Sequence record: DRR378314_1069
DNA: 64,000 nucleotides
Reading direction: 5' to 3' (one strand)
Of the stretch, positions 40,056 through 48,571 are shown piece after piece. Both the position numbers and the translations under genes were made by a program. The notes below the pieces were generated by a model, which saw only the letters and a program-made list of their open reading frames with translations, did no database searches and was not told the origin of the DNA. Position 1 is the stretch's first letter. The number at the start of each line of letters is the position of its first letter.

Positions 40056-40475
40056 ATGCCTAAACTCATTGCCCTCATTTCCGGCGTCTTATTTGGCTAT
40101 GGCCTTGCACTTTCCGGAATGCTGAGCCCCGGCAAAGTTGTCGGCTTTCTCGATTTAACCGGCAACTGGGACCCAAGCCTTGCCTTTGTGATGGGTGGTG
40201 GATTGCTGGTTACCGTTATTACTTTTCATTTTCTGTTGAAAAGACCCCACCCCATGTTCGACGAAAGATTTCACGTACCAACCCGGCGGGATATCGACAG
40301 CCGCCTGTTAATTGGTTCGTCGCTTTTCGGGGTTGGCTGGGCCATTGGCGGGCTATGCCCGGGGCCAGCAATCAGTTCCCTTGCATACGCAAGTCCGAAG
40401 ATTGCTGTCTTTTGCGTGGCGATGGTCGTTGGCATTCTTTTGGGCAAAAAATTCTTTCCCGCATCAGCCCGCTAA
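40056..40475 (+). CDS. YeeE/YedE family (DUF6691-like) sulfur transporter half
   Basis: SGM..P.KV.GFLD..G.WDPSL and FGVGWAIGGLCPGP motifs; AGGAG Shine-Dalgarno before ATG 40056. Confidence 0.85.
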   Translation: MPKLIALISGVLFGYGLALSGMLSPGKVVGFLDLTGNWDPSLAFVMGGGLLVTVITFHFLLKRPHPMFDERFHVPTRRDIDSRLLIGSSLFGVGWAIGGLCPGPAISSLAYASPKIAVFCVAMVVGILLGKKFFPASAR

Positions 40476-41372
40476 ACAAGTGGCTAATTCGGCAGCAACT
40501 TCACCATTATTCAGGGCAAGAGCGAGATTTACCTCGCTCGTCCGACCTTTTGACAATCGGTCCAAAGCCCCTAGAATATAGGGTGTAAGCGCCGCCCCTT
40601 TTATTTCTTTTTCAACAGCTTCACGCTGGGCAGCGGATACCAGTATCTCGACGTCCTCGGCAGTCATTGCTGCGGCTTCAGGGACAGGGTTGCAGATCAG
40701 CAATCCAGATCCACTTTTGATCTCAAAATGTGCCCTGACAATATTTGCTAGTTGCTGCATATCGCCCGTCCATGCGGGCAACTTTAAACCGCTGGAGCGA
40801 CTATGAAATGCAGGAAACATTTCACTTTGATACCCGATTACTGGAACACTATAACTTTCCAGCACCTCCAATGTTGCGGGAAGATCCAAAATCGATTTTG
40901 CACCAGCTGCAACAACGGCAACCTCCGTTCGCGACAGCTCCAGCAAATCTGCTGAAACATCAAAACCACCAGCGCCCTCCTCTGCCTTATGGACGCCACC
41001 GATCCCACCGGTTGCAAACACCTTTATACCTGCCCGCGCTGCAATAAATGAAGTTGATGCAACTGTTGTAGCGCCAGTTACACCTTCAGCCATCGCCACA
41101 GACAAATCCCGAACAGAACATTTCCGAACATCCTTCGATTTCGCCAACAGCAAAAGCGCGTCAGGCTCCAAACCGACAGTCGCCTCGCCTTTAATAAGTG
41201 CAATTGTCGCGGGAACCGCACCTTTCCCGCGAATGACCCGTTCCATATCTTCCGCCAGCTCAACATTTTTGGGATATGGAAAACCATGGCTGATAATCGT
41301 GGATTCCAAAGCTACCACGGGCACATCATTTTTTAGGGCGGCCATAACTTCAGCAGAATAGGAAAGTTTCAT
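40464..41372 (-). CDS. psuG: Pseudouridine-5'-phosphate glycosidase
   Basis: VALESTIISHG, FATGGIGGVH, DVSADL.EL, AGAKSILD and TPYIL motifs. Confidence 0.92.
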   Translation of the reverse strand: MKLSYSAEVMAALKNDVPVVALESTIISHGFPYPKNVELAEDMERVIRGKGAVPATIALIKGEATVGLEPDALLLLAKSKDVRKCSVRDLSVAMAEGVTGATTVASTSFIAARAGIKVFATGGIGGVHKAEEGAGGFDVSADLLELSRTEVAVVAAGAKSILDLPATLEVLESYSVPVIGYQSEMFPAFHSRSSGLKLPAWTGDMQQLANIVRAHFEIKSGSGLLICNPVPEAAAMTAEDVEILVSAAQREAVEKEIKGAALTPYILGALDRLSKGRTSEVNLALALNNGEVAAELATCLAG

Positions 41373-41520
41373 TAGGATCTCGATGAATGGATATTCGTTT
41401 GGAAATAACTCTCCTCACCTAGCGCGGGACCTTTCAAATATCAATATAAAAGAACAGGTTTTGTTTGTACTTATCGGGGCCAAACCGCTAACTTAAAGCT
41501 AAAGAAAAAGAAACGAACGT

Positions 41521-42300
41521 ATGAGGAAGCAAATGTCAGACACATCAAAAGTTGCCATTGTAACAGGTTCAGCCACCGGAACCGGTGCCGCCATTGCCAT
41601 CGGGCTTGCGAAAAAGAATTATAACGTGGTGGTCAACTACACCAAAAGTGAGGCTGAAGCCAATGAGACGGCTGATTTAGTTCGCGCTGAAGGCGTCGAT
41701 TGCATCATAGTGCAGGGCGATGTCTCTCGCGATGAGGATTGCCGAAAACTGGCTCAGGCTGCAATGGATAAATGGGGCCGCATTGACGCCCTTGTCAATA
41801 ATGCCGGACGGACAAAATTTGTACCGCACGGCGACCTTGATGGTCTTTCCGCAGAAGATTTCCAGGATATCTATGCGGTCAATACCATCGGACCTTTCCA
41901 AATGACAAGAGCCTGCGCACCCCACCTTAAAGAGAGTGGCCGGGGCCGCATTGTCATGATTTCCTCCGTAGCAGGCACCCATGGTCATGGATCATCTGTT
42001 GCCTATGCCGCGTCAAAGGGGGCACTTAACTCCATGACTAAGTCTTTGGCGCGTGCATTGGGACCGGAAATCACAGTGAATGCAATTTGCCCAGGTATGA
42101 TTGAAACACGGTGGCTGAAAGAAGGCTGGGGAGAAGACAATTACGATCGGAACAAAGCCGCAATGACCAAAATGGTGCCATTAGCCAATATCTCGAAACC
42201 AGAAGATATAGCGGAAGCAGTCATCTGGTTTATTGAAGGGGCTAACTTGGTCACTGGTGAATTATTGCTCGTTGATGGGGGCATGCATCTCGTCAGCTAA
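41521..42300 (+). CDS. SDR family oxidoreductase
   Basis: TGSATGTG, NNAG, YAASK and VDGG motifs. Start is 41521 or 41533. Confidence 0.93.
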   Translation: MRKQMSDTSKVAIVTGSATGTGAAIAIGLAKKNYNVVVNYTKSEAEANETADLVRAEGVDCIIVQGDVSRDEDCRKLAQAAMDKWGRIDALVNNAGRTKFVPHGDLDGLSAEDFQDIYAVNTIGPFQMTRACAPHLKESGRGRIVMISSVAGTHGHGSSVAYAASKGALNSMTKSLARALGPEITVNAICPGMIETRWLKEGWGEDNYDRNKAAMTKMVPLANISKPEDIAEAVIWFIEGANLVTGELLLVDGGMHLVS

Positions 42301-42311
42301 GCCGGTGCATT

Positions 42312-42352
42312 TTCCGCGATAATTGTGTTTATGCAAAACAATTATCGCGGAA
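42312..42352. repeat. Perfect 15-bp inverted repeat (41-bp hairpin) after the SDR gene
   Basis: TTCCGCGATAATTGT-N11-ACAATTATCGCGGAA. Confidence 0.9.
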
Positions 42353-42488
42353 CCACTTTACATTCATATTCAATTTGCTATGGTTTTCTTCATAAATTTT
42401 TCAATAACTTACAGATGATTTCCTATCGACAAATCAGAACTGCTTGATGTTTAAAATTTGTAAAATATCATTTCGAACGGGCGGCTAG

Positions 42489-42902
42489 ATTACCAATAAT
42501 AAAGACCAATTTCAGCCGACAGAAGACCCGAACATATCGCCTGCACGGCATCTCCTGATTGTTGATGACGAACGCGAGTTTGGAGAATTCGTAAAGACAG
42601 TCGCAGAAGCGATGAGCTTCAAGGTAACTGTCACCGAAAAAGCCAGGGATTTTCAATCCGCCTATTTGAGTTCCGAGCCTACTCACATTGTTATGGATAT
42701 GGTTATGCCGGGTATTGATGGCGTCGAATTGATCAGTTGGCTTGCCCAGCAGAACTGTAAAGCCGATATCCTGATCGTTACGGGCTTCAATCCCAGATAC
42801 ATTGAACTTGCAGAAGATCTGGGCGGCGCCAAAGGCCTCTCCAAGATACAGACATTGACCAAACCGGTGGCTTTAGCAGACTTAAGAAAAGCGCTTTCCT
42901 GA
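42489..42902 (+). CDS. Single-domain response regulator with a non-canonical start (ATT 42489 or ATA 42534)
   Basis: The frame of ORF 42612-42902 stays open back to TAG at 42486 and encodes HLLIVDDEREF (REC beta1 and acidic pocket), followed by MDMVMP, TG and KP. Confidence 0.75.
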   Translation: MTNNKDQFQPTEDPNISPARHLLIVDDEREFGEFVKTVAEAMSFKVTVTEKARDFQSAYLSSEPTHIVMDMVMPGIDGVELISWLAQQNCKADILIVTGFNPRYIELAEDLGGAKGLSKIQTLTKPVALADLRKALS

Positions 42903-42911
42903 GCCGCTCCA

Positions 42912-43658
42912 GTGGATACGGACCCCGACGAAATAGCAACGATCAACAGGGCCCTTGGCTATCCTTATTCACGGCCGGATACATCCTTTTTGTTTTCCGA
43001 TGGAAAAGCACTTCCACTTAGCGACAAAACTATCAACTTTAGTGACCTGATCCCTGTTATCGCTTGTGGCTCCAACGCATCCCCGCTACAGCTGGCTCGT
43101 AAATTTGCGGGTACGCCCCAATTGACGCTACCGGTCACCCGCATCCATTTGCATGACTTTATTTGCAGTTTTTCTGCGCATCTGACGGCTTACGGATCTA
43201 TTCCCGCAACACTAACCCCTAAACCAGGCCACCAAATGAGCGGGCATATCACCTGGCTGACCGAAGCTCAACTTGCCCAAATGCACGGCACGGAAGCTCT
43301 CGGGACCAATTATAAATACTCCCGGTTAGAAGGACTTAAGTGTACTTGCGAGGTTACGGGACCTATCCATACGCTTTATGCCTATATCAGTAAACACGGT
43401 CATTTTGGCCGTAAGGATAAGCCAATCGGTCTCAGTGAACTCAATAGATCAACAAAACTGTTTACTCTGGCAACGCAAGCCGAAGTTCAACAAACCCTTA
43501 TTGACCACCTCCAGGAACACATATCCCTTGAAGAGTTTATTCTTTCAAATATAAAGAATGAAAATCTTCGGCAGCACCGAATTCAAAAACTGAGCCGTTT
43601 TTCAACACCGTTTCAATATCAATATGAAACTGTTCTGGCAGGCGACTTTACTTACTAA
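42912..43658 (+). CDS. Hypothetical protein, possibly a gamma-glutamylcyclotransferase-like fold
   Basis: 248-aa ORF with VIACGSNASP and MHGTE..GTNY, resembling the GGCT-family xYGSN and catalytic-Glu motifs. Confidence 0.55.
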   Translation: MDTDPDEIATINRALGYPYSRPDTSFLFSDGKALPLSDKTINFSDLIPVIACGSNASPLQLARKFAGTPQLTLPVTRIHLHDFICSFSAHLTAYGSIPATLTPKPGHQMSGHITWLTEAQLAQMHGTEALGTNYKYSRLEGLKCTCEVTGPIHTLYAYISKHGHFGRKDKPIGLSELNRSTKLFTLATQAEVQQTLIDHLQEHISLEEFILSNIKNENLRQHRIQKLSRFSTPFQYQYETVLAGDFTY

Positions 43659-43678
43659 ATTGGGAGTTCTTCCCGTTC

Positions 43679-44725
43679 ATGTTGAAAAGCATTAAATCAC
43701 TATGCATCGGCGCAGTTGGCGGCGCTCTGTTCTATTGGGCAAATCTGCCGTTAGCCTGGATGATGGGTGCCATGTGCATAACAACGATCTTTGCCGTCAA
43801 AGGGGTAGATCTGCATGTCAATGGCACACTCCGAAAAGTAATGACGGCAATACTGGGTTTGATGCTCGGCACCAGCTTCTCTCCCGACACACTTGGTCAT
43901 TTGAGTGCCTGGACCAGCAGTTTGGTCCTGCTCGCGATTAATGTGACAACCTGCATGCTGCTGGTCTACTGGTATTTTCGAAAAATTGGCAAATTCGATA
44001 GAGTAACAGCCTTTTTTTCCGCAGCACCTGGTGGTTTCAACGTGATGTATGAAATCGGTGAAGAAAAAGGCGGTGACGGGCGCAGCATCGCCTTGATCCA
44101 TGCAACACGCATTTTGTTGCTTGTTATGACGGTGCCCCTCTTTTTTCGCTATGCAACGGAACTTGGATCCTCCGCCAGCACATCAAACTCTATTGAACTC
44201 TTTGGCATTTCTGGCCACTCAACCGGATATATCTTAATGGCGGTTGCCGGCGTAACTGGTTATTTCCTTGGAAGAATTCTAAAGCTACCCGCTTATCACT
44301 TACTTGGCCCTATGATCATATCCGGTGCAATGAGCCTGACAGGATTAATCGATGTAATGCCCCCCATGATCCTGATTTATCTGGCACAGCTTGTGATCGG
44401 CACAGCTATCGGACTTCGATTTCTCGGAACAACAGTGCGTGAAATCCAAAAAGTCATAATTCTCAGTGTCGGCTCAACCTCTCTGATGATTGCGCTTGCC
44501 ACACTCTTTGCGTTCGCGGCGACAGATTACATTCATGTCAGTACCGCCGGATTGGTGTTGGCTCTCTCTCCTGGCGGTCTTGCGGAAATGTCACTCGTAG
44601 CTTTAGCCCTCGGGATTGATGTCGCTTTCGTTTCGATTATGCATGTGGTCAGGATCGCCGCGATCATAACACTTATACCGCCGATTTACGTCTTCTTTGA
44701 AAAGCACTGGAAAAAACGACCTTAG
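43679..44725 (+). CDS. AbrB-family membrane protein
   Basis: Internal duplication (LPLAWMMG / LPAYHLLG; APGG / SPGGLAEM; HATR / HVVR) and many TM helices. Confidence 0.85.
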   Translation: MLKSIKSLCIGAVGGALFYWANLPLAWMMGAMCITTIFAVKGVDLHVNGTLRKVMTAILGLMLGTSFSPDTLGHLSAWTSSLVLLAINVTTCMLLVYWYFRKIGKFDRVTAFFSAAPGGFNVMYEIGEEKGGDGRSIALIHATRILLLVMTVPLFFRYATELGSSASTSNSIELFGISGHSTGYILMAVAGVTGYFLGRILKLPAYHLLGPMIISGAMSLTGLIDVMPPMILIYLAQLVIGTAIGLRFLGTTVREIQKVIILSVGSTSLMIALATLFAFAATDYIHVSTAGLVLALSPGGLAEMSLVALALGIDVAFVSIMHVVRIAAIITLIPPIYVFFEKHWKKRP

Positions 44726-46041
44726 GGCCGAAGGACAGCTCGTTTAACTGAAGGGTATAACACCATTAACGTTCCGCCCCTTGCCAACATGAAGATGATC
44801 AACGACAGCCACAGACCATCGGTCCCCCAGCTTTCTGCAAACAGCTGTATCGCTCCGAAATAAAGGGCAAAAGAAAAAATCATCCCATTTCGCATTTCTT
44901 GAGTCCGAATTGCGCCAATGAAAATGCCATCTAATTGGTAAGACCAGACAGCAGCTAAAGGCATTAAAGTTAGCCAGGGAAGAAAATCATATGCGGCAAC
45001 GCGAACTTCCTGAATATCGGTCAACAGGTTGATCAACAGGGTGCCGGCAAAACCATAAATCAGGGCATAAATGACAGCGACCAGCACGGCCAGGATCGAA
45101 CTCGACAAAACAACTTCCTGAAGCCGCGCCTCTTTCCTGGCTCCGATTGCCCGCCCAACCATACTCTCTGCTGCATGAGCAAACCCATCAAGCCCGAACG
45201 CCAGAAAATGCATAAAGTTCATCGCAACGGCTACAGCGGCAAGTTTATCCTCCCCGAGGGACGCTGCGGTTGCCGTAAAGTAGGCGAAGGTAAAAATCAA
45301 TAAAATGGTTCGGATAAAAATATCCCGATTGACGCTCATCAAACCCCAAAAGCGTACCCAAGAGAATATGTCTTGAGCAACCCAGTTCCCACCCATAACA
45401 TTGACCTGTCTGACGACAAGCAAAAGCCCCAGCATGACAGCCATATACTCCGCAATCACCGTGGCAATGGCAACACCGGTAATCCCCATATCAAACCCAA
45501 GCACAAAAACCAGATCCAGAATAATATTAATGCTGTTCATGAAAACCTGGGTGACCAAGGCAAGGCGCGTCTGACCAAGGCCAATAAAAATACCTAGAAT
45601 GGAATAATTGGCAAGAACAGCAGGCGCCCCCCACACCCGATAATTGAAATATTCGGCGGCACCCGCCTCCACATCCGCAGACCCATCAACCAGCGTAAGC
45701 GCGACTTTTAAAACCGGCCATTGGCACACCAGAATGAGAGCTGCCAATGCCAATCCCAGCAGTAATGTTCTTGCAATAACGGACCTGACTTCATTTGCAT
45801 CTTCAGCCCCATGGGCTTGGGAAATAAACCCGGTGGTTCCCATGCGTAAAAAACCAAATCCCCAATAGAGGAAACTGAAAATCATTGTCCCGATTGCCAC
45901 TGCTCCCAAATTAGCAGCATCCGGCAAATGCCCGATTACTGCAGTATCAACCGCACCTAATAGCGGAACAGACAGATTGGAGAGAATAACAGGCCATGCG
46001 AGCAGCATGACCTCACGGTATGAAGATTTTGAGGGAAGCAT
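44722..46041 (-). CDS. MATE efflux transporter (DinF-like)
   Basis: SNLSVPLLGAVDTAVIG, FGFLRMGTTG and DIFIRT motifs. Confidence 0.93.
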   Translation of the reverse strand: MLPSKSSYREVMLLAWPVILSNLSVPLLGAVDTAVIGHLPDAANLGAVAIGTMIFSFLYWGFGFLRMGTTGFISQAHGAEDANEVRSVIARTLLLGLALAALILVCQWPVLKVALTLVDGSADVEAGAAEYFNYRVWGAPAVLANYSILGIFIGLGQTRLALVTQVFMNSINIILDLVFVLGFDMGITGVAIATVIAEYMAVMLGLLLVVRQVNVMGGNWVAQDIFSWVRFWGLMSVNRDIFIRTILLIFTFAYFTATAASLGEDKLAAVAVAMNFMHFLAFGLDGFAHAAESMVGRAIGARKEARLQEVVLSSSILAVLVAVIYALIYGFAGTLLINLLTDIQEVRVAAYDFLPWLTLMPLAAVWSYQLDGIFIGAIRTQEMRNGMIFSFALYFGAIQLFAESWGTDGLWLSLIIFMLARGGTLMVLYPSVKRAVLRP

Positions 46042-46190
46042 GGGATACCAGGATTGAAAAGCTCAGACGATGAAAAACTATCCCTATTGGCCATTGCGTT
46101 CAACTGAATAACATGATGGCGAAATTGCCGATTTGAAATAGGAGTTGCAAACCCTTAAGTTAATTCAAAGGATATCTGGATGTATTTTTC

Positions 46191-46898
46191 ATGACCAAAG
46201 ACCTAAAACAATCTACAAATCACTCCAGCCCCTCAGAGGTGGATGATTTTTTAAAGAAAGTTGCAACGACCCCAAAATCAAAACAGGGTTCAAGCGAAGG
46301 GCGCTTGCTGTTTGCAATTGATGCAACGGCCAGCCGTCAACCCGCGTGGGATCAGGCCTGCCACATTCAGTGCGAAATGTTTGAAGAAGCGGCAAAAGCC
46401 GGAAGACTATCGATGCAGGTCTCCTTTTTTCGCGGTTTCGGTGAATTTAAAGCCACATCCTGGACTGAGAACAGTAACCAACTCACACGTCCAATGTCCC
46501 GCGTCCAATGCTTAGGCGGTCATACCCAGATTGCAAAAGTGTTAAAACATGCAATTCGCACCAACCAGAAATCCTCTATCAATGCGATCGTTTATGTTGG
46601 AGATTGCATGGAGGAGGATGCTGATGAGTTATGCCATCTTGCTGGGCAACTTGGGCTGAGCAATACCCCTCTTTTCATATTTCAGGACGGGCATGACCCA
46701 GTTGCAGAAACCTGTTTCCGGCAAATGTCTCGCCTTAGTCAGGGAGCGTTTTTTCGGTTTGACCAAAGCTCAGCCGCCCGATTAAGAGATCTATTGAAAG
46801 CTGTGGCTGTGTACGCTGCCGGGGGAAGAGCGGCTTTGCAAGATTATGGACAAAAACAGGGCGGGGATGTTCTTCTCTTGTCGCAACAAATCAAATAA
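46191..46898 (+). CDS. Stand-alone VWA-domain protein
   Basis: MIDAS-like DATAS...GGHT...VGD. Confidence 0.8.
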   Translation: MTKDLKQSTNHSSPSEVDDFLKKVATTPKSKQGSSEGRLLFAIDATASRQPAWDQACHIQCEMFEEAAKAGRLSMQVSFFRGFGEFKATSWTENSNQLTRPMSRVQCLGGHTQIAKVLKHAIRTNQKSSINAIVYVGDCMEEDADELCHLAGQLGLSNTPLFIFQDGHDPVAETCFRQMSRLSQGAFFRFDQSSAARLRDLLKAVAVYAAGGRAALQDYGQKQGGDVLLLSQQIK

Positions 46899-46910
46899 CT
46901 GGATAAATGA

Positions 46911-47603
46911 ATGATCGGGTACTTCATTCTCGGGGTCGCACTCCTTATCGCGTTTGTACTTGGCGGTCAGGCTATTGCTTCGGTCAAACCGGGGACTTTG
47001 TTGAAAATCCTACGTTGGACTGGATTGATTGGTTTCGCTGGCGCCGCCCTCTTCTTTGCTATAACTGGGCGGCTTCAAATCGCGTCCGGTCTTTTTATTG
47101 CCTCTCTCTTCTTCTTAAGAAATAAATCTTTTTTCTCCAGTCCCTCGCCATCTTCCGGTCAATCTTCAGAAGTAAAAACAGATTGGCTTCATGCTACATT
47201 GGATCATGATAGCCGGGAGATGGATGCAACAATCCAGCAAGGAGAATTTGAAGGCTCCCTGCTCTCTGAGTTGTCATTGGAGGAACTCCTAAAACTTGAA
47301 ATTGCATTAACCAAAGATCAACAAAGCCTTGCTATCTTGCAAACCTTCATTGATCGAAATTTTGAGAGGGGGTCAACGAATAGTCATCAGGAGGGTACTT
47401 CCGATCAGGCAAATTCACGTTCTGATAACCGGATGACAAAAGCAGAGGCCTATGAGATTCTTGAGCTGGATGTGGGGGCCAGTCTTGATGAAATCACTGC
47501 GGCACATAGAAGGCTGATGAAAAAGTTTCATCCGGATCACCAAGGTTCTGCATATATGGCTGCAAAACTAAACGAAGCCAGAGACGTCCTCACAAAACAG
47601 TAA
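46911..47603 (+). CDS. Membrane-anchored J-domain protein (Pam18/Tim14-like C-terminal J domain)
   Basis: N-terminal TM helices and C-terminal EAYEIL...HRRLMKKFHPDHQGSAYMAAKLNEARDVL. Confidence 0.85.
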   Translation: MIGYFILGVALLIAFVLGGQAIASVKPGTLLKILRWTGLIGFAGAALFFAITGRLQIASGLFIASLFFLRNKSFFSSPSPSSGQSSEVKTDWLHATLDHDSREMDATIQQGEFEGSLLSELSLEELLKLEIALTKDQQSLAILQTFIDRNFERGSTNSHQEGTSDQANSRSDNRMTKAEAYEILELDVGASLDEITAAHRRLMKKFHPDHQGSAYMAAKLNEARDVLTKQ

Positions 47604-47678
47604 CTATTATAAGATTGAATTGCAATAATCAGGGTGCAATAAGCAAGCACTAAACGCTATTGAGGGGTACAAATTTTT

Positions 47679-48560
47679 ATGCCACAAAAAGTCAGAAAAG
47701 CTGTCTTTCCAGTCGGCGGCCTTGGAACTCGCTTCCTGCCAGCAACAAAAGCAATGCCCAAAGAGATGCTGCCAGTAGTGGACAAACCACTTATTCAGTA
47801 TGCTGTGGATGAAGCTCGTAAAGCCGGAATTGAAGAGTTTATCTTTGTCACCGGCCGCGGAAAAGTTACGATTGAGGATCATTTCGACCGCTCTTACGAG
47901 TTGGAAAACGTCCTCGAAGAACGCAATAAAGAGGCAGCCTTAACCACTTTGGCAGACCATATGCCGCCAACTGGAACGGTTGCCTATATTCGCCAGCGCG
48001 AACCCCTCGGTCTCGGTCATGCTGTCTGGTGTGCAAAGCGATATGTCGGTGACGAGCCCTTCGCTGTTATTCTGGCTGATGACCTGATCCTGAGCGATGC
48101 TCCCTGCCTCGGACAAATGATTGAAACGCGCGATGAAATGGGCGGCGGCAATGTCCTGGCGGCAATGGAAGTTCCTCACGAGCACACCTCTCGCTACGGC
48201 ATTATCAAACCTGGTTTTGATGATGAGAAAAAAGTCGAAATCAAGCATCTCGTTGAAAAACCGGAACCAAAAGATGCGCCCTCAAATCTTGCTGTTATCG
48301 GGCGATATGTTCTCGAACCGCAGGTTTTTGATCTATTGGAAAATCAAGCCCGCGGAGCCGGCAATGAGATCCAACTAACGGATGCTTTATCTAATTTATT
48401 AAAAACAAGCCCTTTCTACGGACTTCGTTTCGAAGGCACACGCTACGACTGCGGCGACAAAATTGGTTTCTTACAAGCAAATATTGCATTTGCTCTGTCT
48501 CGAAGTGATATGAGCCAGGAAATAACCGATTTCATCAAAACGCTGGCAAAAGATCTATAA
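47679..48560 (+). CDS. galU: UTP-glucose-1-phosphate uridylyltransferase
   Basis: GGLGTRFLPATKAMPKEMLP, VEKP and EIQLTD motifs. Confidence 0.97.
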   Translation: MPQKVRKAVFPVGGLGTRFLPATKAMPKEMLPVVDKPLIQYAVDEARKAGIEEFIFVTGRGKVTIEDHFDRSYELENVLEERNKEAALTTLADHMPPTGTVAYIRQREPLGLGHAVWCAKRYVGDEPFAVILADDLILSDAPCLGQMIETRDEMGGGNVLAAMEVPHEHTSRYGIIKPGFDDEKKVEIKHLVEKPEPKDAPSNLAVIGRYVLEPQVFDLLENQARGAGNEIQLTDALSNLLKTSPFYGLRFEGTRYDCGDKIGFLQANIAFALSRSDMSQEITDFIKTLAKDL

Positions 48561-48571
48561 GGTAAATAAAA

